DNA of 63,963 nt, the filler included, from Hyphochytrium catenoides (taxonomy: Eukaryota; Protista; Hyphochytriomycota), in NCBI GenBank assembly GCA_900088475.1. It is 14 parts of 14 records of this genome, joined end to end, with 100 filler letters (N's around TTAATTAATTAA, not from the genome) between each part and the next. Parts side by side here need not be neighbours in the genome. Positions count along the whole stretch, not along the records: positions 62,110 to 63,963 come from FLMG01001671.1; 13 more parts are not named here. One strand, given 5' to 3'. The notes below the pieces were generated by a model. That model had not been told where the DNA came from, made no database searches, and saw nothing but the letters and a program-made list of their open reading frames with translations. This document shows, one piece after another, positions 62,110-63,963 of this stretch. How positions within the stretch are numbered: position 1 is the stretch's first letter; each line of letters opens with the position of its first letter. Made by a program: the position numbers and the translations under genes.

Positions 62110-63963
62110 TCTGCCTATAACAAGGCTGCTGATGTGGCTAGCTCCACCGCGCAGTCTGCCAAGGAAACTGCCTCATCCACTGCGCAGTCTGCTAAGGAGA
62201 CTGCAGGCTCCACGGCTCAATCTGCTAAGGAAGCCGCTGCTCGTGGCTACAATTACACCGCCAAGACGGCCTCCAATGCTGCTCAGGCTGCCAAGGATAC
62301 CGCTGCTCGCGGCTACAACTATACAGCAGAGACCGCCTCCAACGCCGCTCAGTCTGCCAAGGATAGCGCTGCTCGCGGCTACAACTACTCTGCAGACACC
62401 GCCTCCAGCGCTGCTCAGTCTACCAAGGAGACGGCTGCTAGCACTACCGAGAGTGCCAAGGAGACGGCCGCAAGAGGCTACAATTATGCTGCTGAGACTG
62501 CTTCCAGCGCAGCGCAGGCTGCCAAAGATACCGCGGCGCGTGGGTACAACTATGCGGCGGAGACTGCTGCATCCGGCTATGGGAAGGCCAAGGATATGAC
62601 GTCGAGCGCTGCTCAATCCACCAAGGAAACTGCCGCTAGCACCACGGAGGATGCAAAGGAGAAGGCAGCGAGGGGCTATAACTACGCTGCTGACTCTGCT
62701 TCTCGCACTGCCGAGGCTGCGAAGGACTCAGCAGCTCGTGGATACAATTACACCGCTGAGACTGCTGCTTCCGGTTACGAGAAGGCAAAGGACACCGCTT
62801 CTAGCGCTGCCCAGGCCACCAAGGATACGGCGGCAAGTGGTTATAATTATGCAGCAGACAGCGCTGCCTCCGGCTATAACAAGGCCAAGGACACCGCCTC
62901 AAGCACCGCACAGTCTGCGAAGGATGCTGCCGCCAGCAGCTACAACTATACAGCAGACAGCGCTGCCTCCGGCTATAACAAGGCGAAGGACACTGCTTCC
63001 AGCACTGCACAGTCTGCGAAGGATGCTGCCGCCAGCAGCTACAACTATACAGCAGACAGCGCTGCCTCCGGCTCTAACAAGGCGAAGGACACTGCTTCCA
63101 GCACTGCACAGTCTGCAAAGGACACTGCCGCCAGTGGCTACAACTACGCCGCAGACAGCGCCGCATCTGGGTATAACAGAGCACGAGATACCGCTGCCAG
63201 CGCCTCTCAGTCTGCCAAGGAGTCGACGCCTAGCGGTAGTGCGTACTCAACTACTGGAGATCGGGACGCCACCTCTCTCTATACCTCTGCACCAGGCACT
63301 CAGACAACCGGTAGCAGCTCTATGTACGGCACCAGCTCTTACGGTGTGACTGGACCAGGAGGCGAGAAGTCTATGGGTGAGCGCGCCAAGGAAAACCTCG
63401 CCAGTGGTGCTCAATACGTGAAGGAGTCTGCTTCTAGCGCTGCGGATAAGGCAAAGGAGACGGCTTATGGCGCTACAGAGAAAGTAAAGGAAGCAATGGG
63501 AACCTCCGGACACACGACCACGAGGAACCAGGGTAGCAGCCTATCTTACCAGGGCCCACAGTCTACGGCTGAGGGCGGTCTGACCTCTTCCTCCCCTGCT
63601 GGTCTCTACTCCACAGGCGACAAGCCAACCACAGTTCTTGGTACTTCAGGCGTAACTTCGGCATCTCCCATGGGAGCTACTGCCCAGCCGCGATACATCG
63701 GAGAGAACCCAACCACCCACCAGACGACCACCAGCTATTATCCAGAAACTAAGGGACAGCATTCCCACGAGCTCGGAGACCCATACAACACCCGCGGTGC
63801 TACCGTCACCACAATGTCTGCAGAGCAAGCTCGTCAAGAGTACGATACCACTCCAGCGGCTGCAGGCCAAACACAGCCCCTCTCTGGCGGGGACAAGCTC
63901 AAGGAGAAAGTGAAAGAGGGCGCAAGAAAGGTAAAGGCTGTCTTCACTCCTCACGGTCATAAG
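62110..63963 (+). CDS. Large LEA-like (group 3/LEA_4-type) hydrophilic repeat protein, at least 618 codons, open at both ends; absent from the ORF track
   Basis: Stop-free frame from 62110. It contains 11-mer repeats such as TASSTAQSAKE, AARGYNYAAET and AASGYNKAKDT, then a G/T/S-rich region, ending DKLKEKVKEGARKVKAVFTPHGHK. Confidence 0.88.

Overview
This is eukaryotic nuclear DNA, probably from a flagellated, aerobic protist; the lineage cannot be fixed from the sequence alone. The window is not contiguous. It holds 14 separate contigs joined by 13 artificial N-TTAATTAATTAA-N spacers, so neighbourhood across spacers means nothing. Most of the supplied ORF track is noise from (GA)n/(CT)n microsatellites that fill the introns. 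Manual GT-AG splicing recovers these genes: PPIL1 cyclophilin, a small complex I subunit, selenoprotein T, an alpha/beta hydrolase, MED27, an NSUN-type methyltransferase, PI31, a COX7A-like subunit, a PDZ tail-anchored protein, PTPDC1-like and ZBBX-motif proteins, a CCA-adding enzyme, an MFS transporter, a frameshifted kinase, a mitochondrial carrier, a repeated Cx4C...CxxH zinc-finger protein, a RAMA-domain protein and a very long LEA-like repeat protein. It also holds an intact Ty3/gypsy chromovirus pol and nested LTR remnants. Five observations stand out. (1) An unannotated, heavily base-paired RNA-like locus of about 550 nt at 23.6-24.2 kb, with G:U-biased stems. (2) An LTR family that carries a complete tRNA-like Pol III unit, one copy interrupted at the T-arm by a second solo LTR. 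(3) SelT with a Sec UGA codon formed only by splicing, plus a clear SECIS. (4) Introns with GA-rich 5' halves and CT-rich 3' halves that could fold back. (5) A LEA4/dehydrin-like chimera missed by the ORF track.
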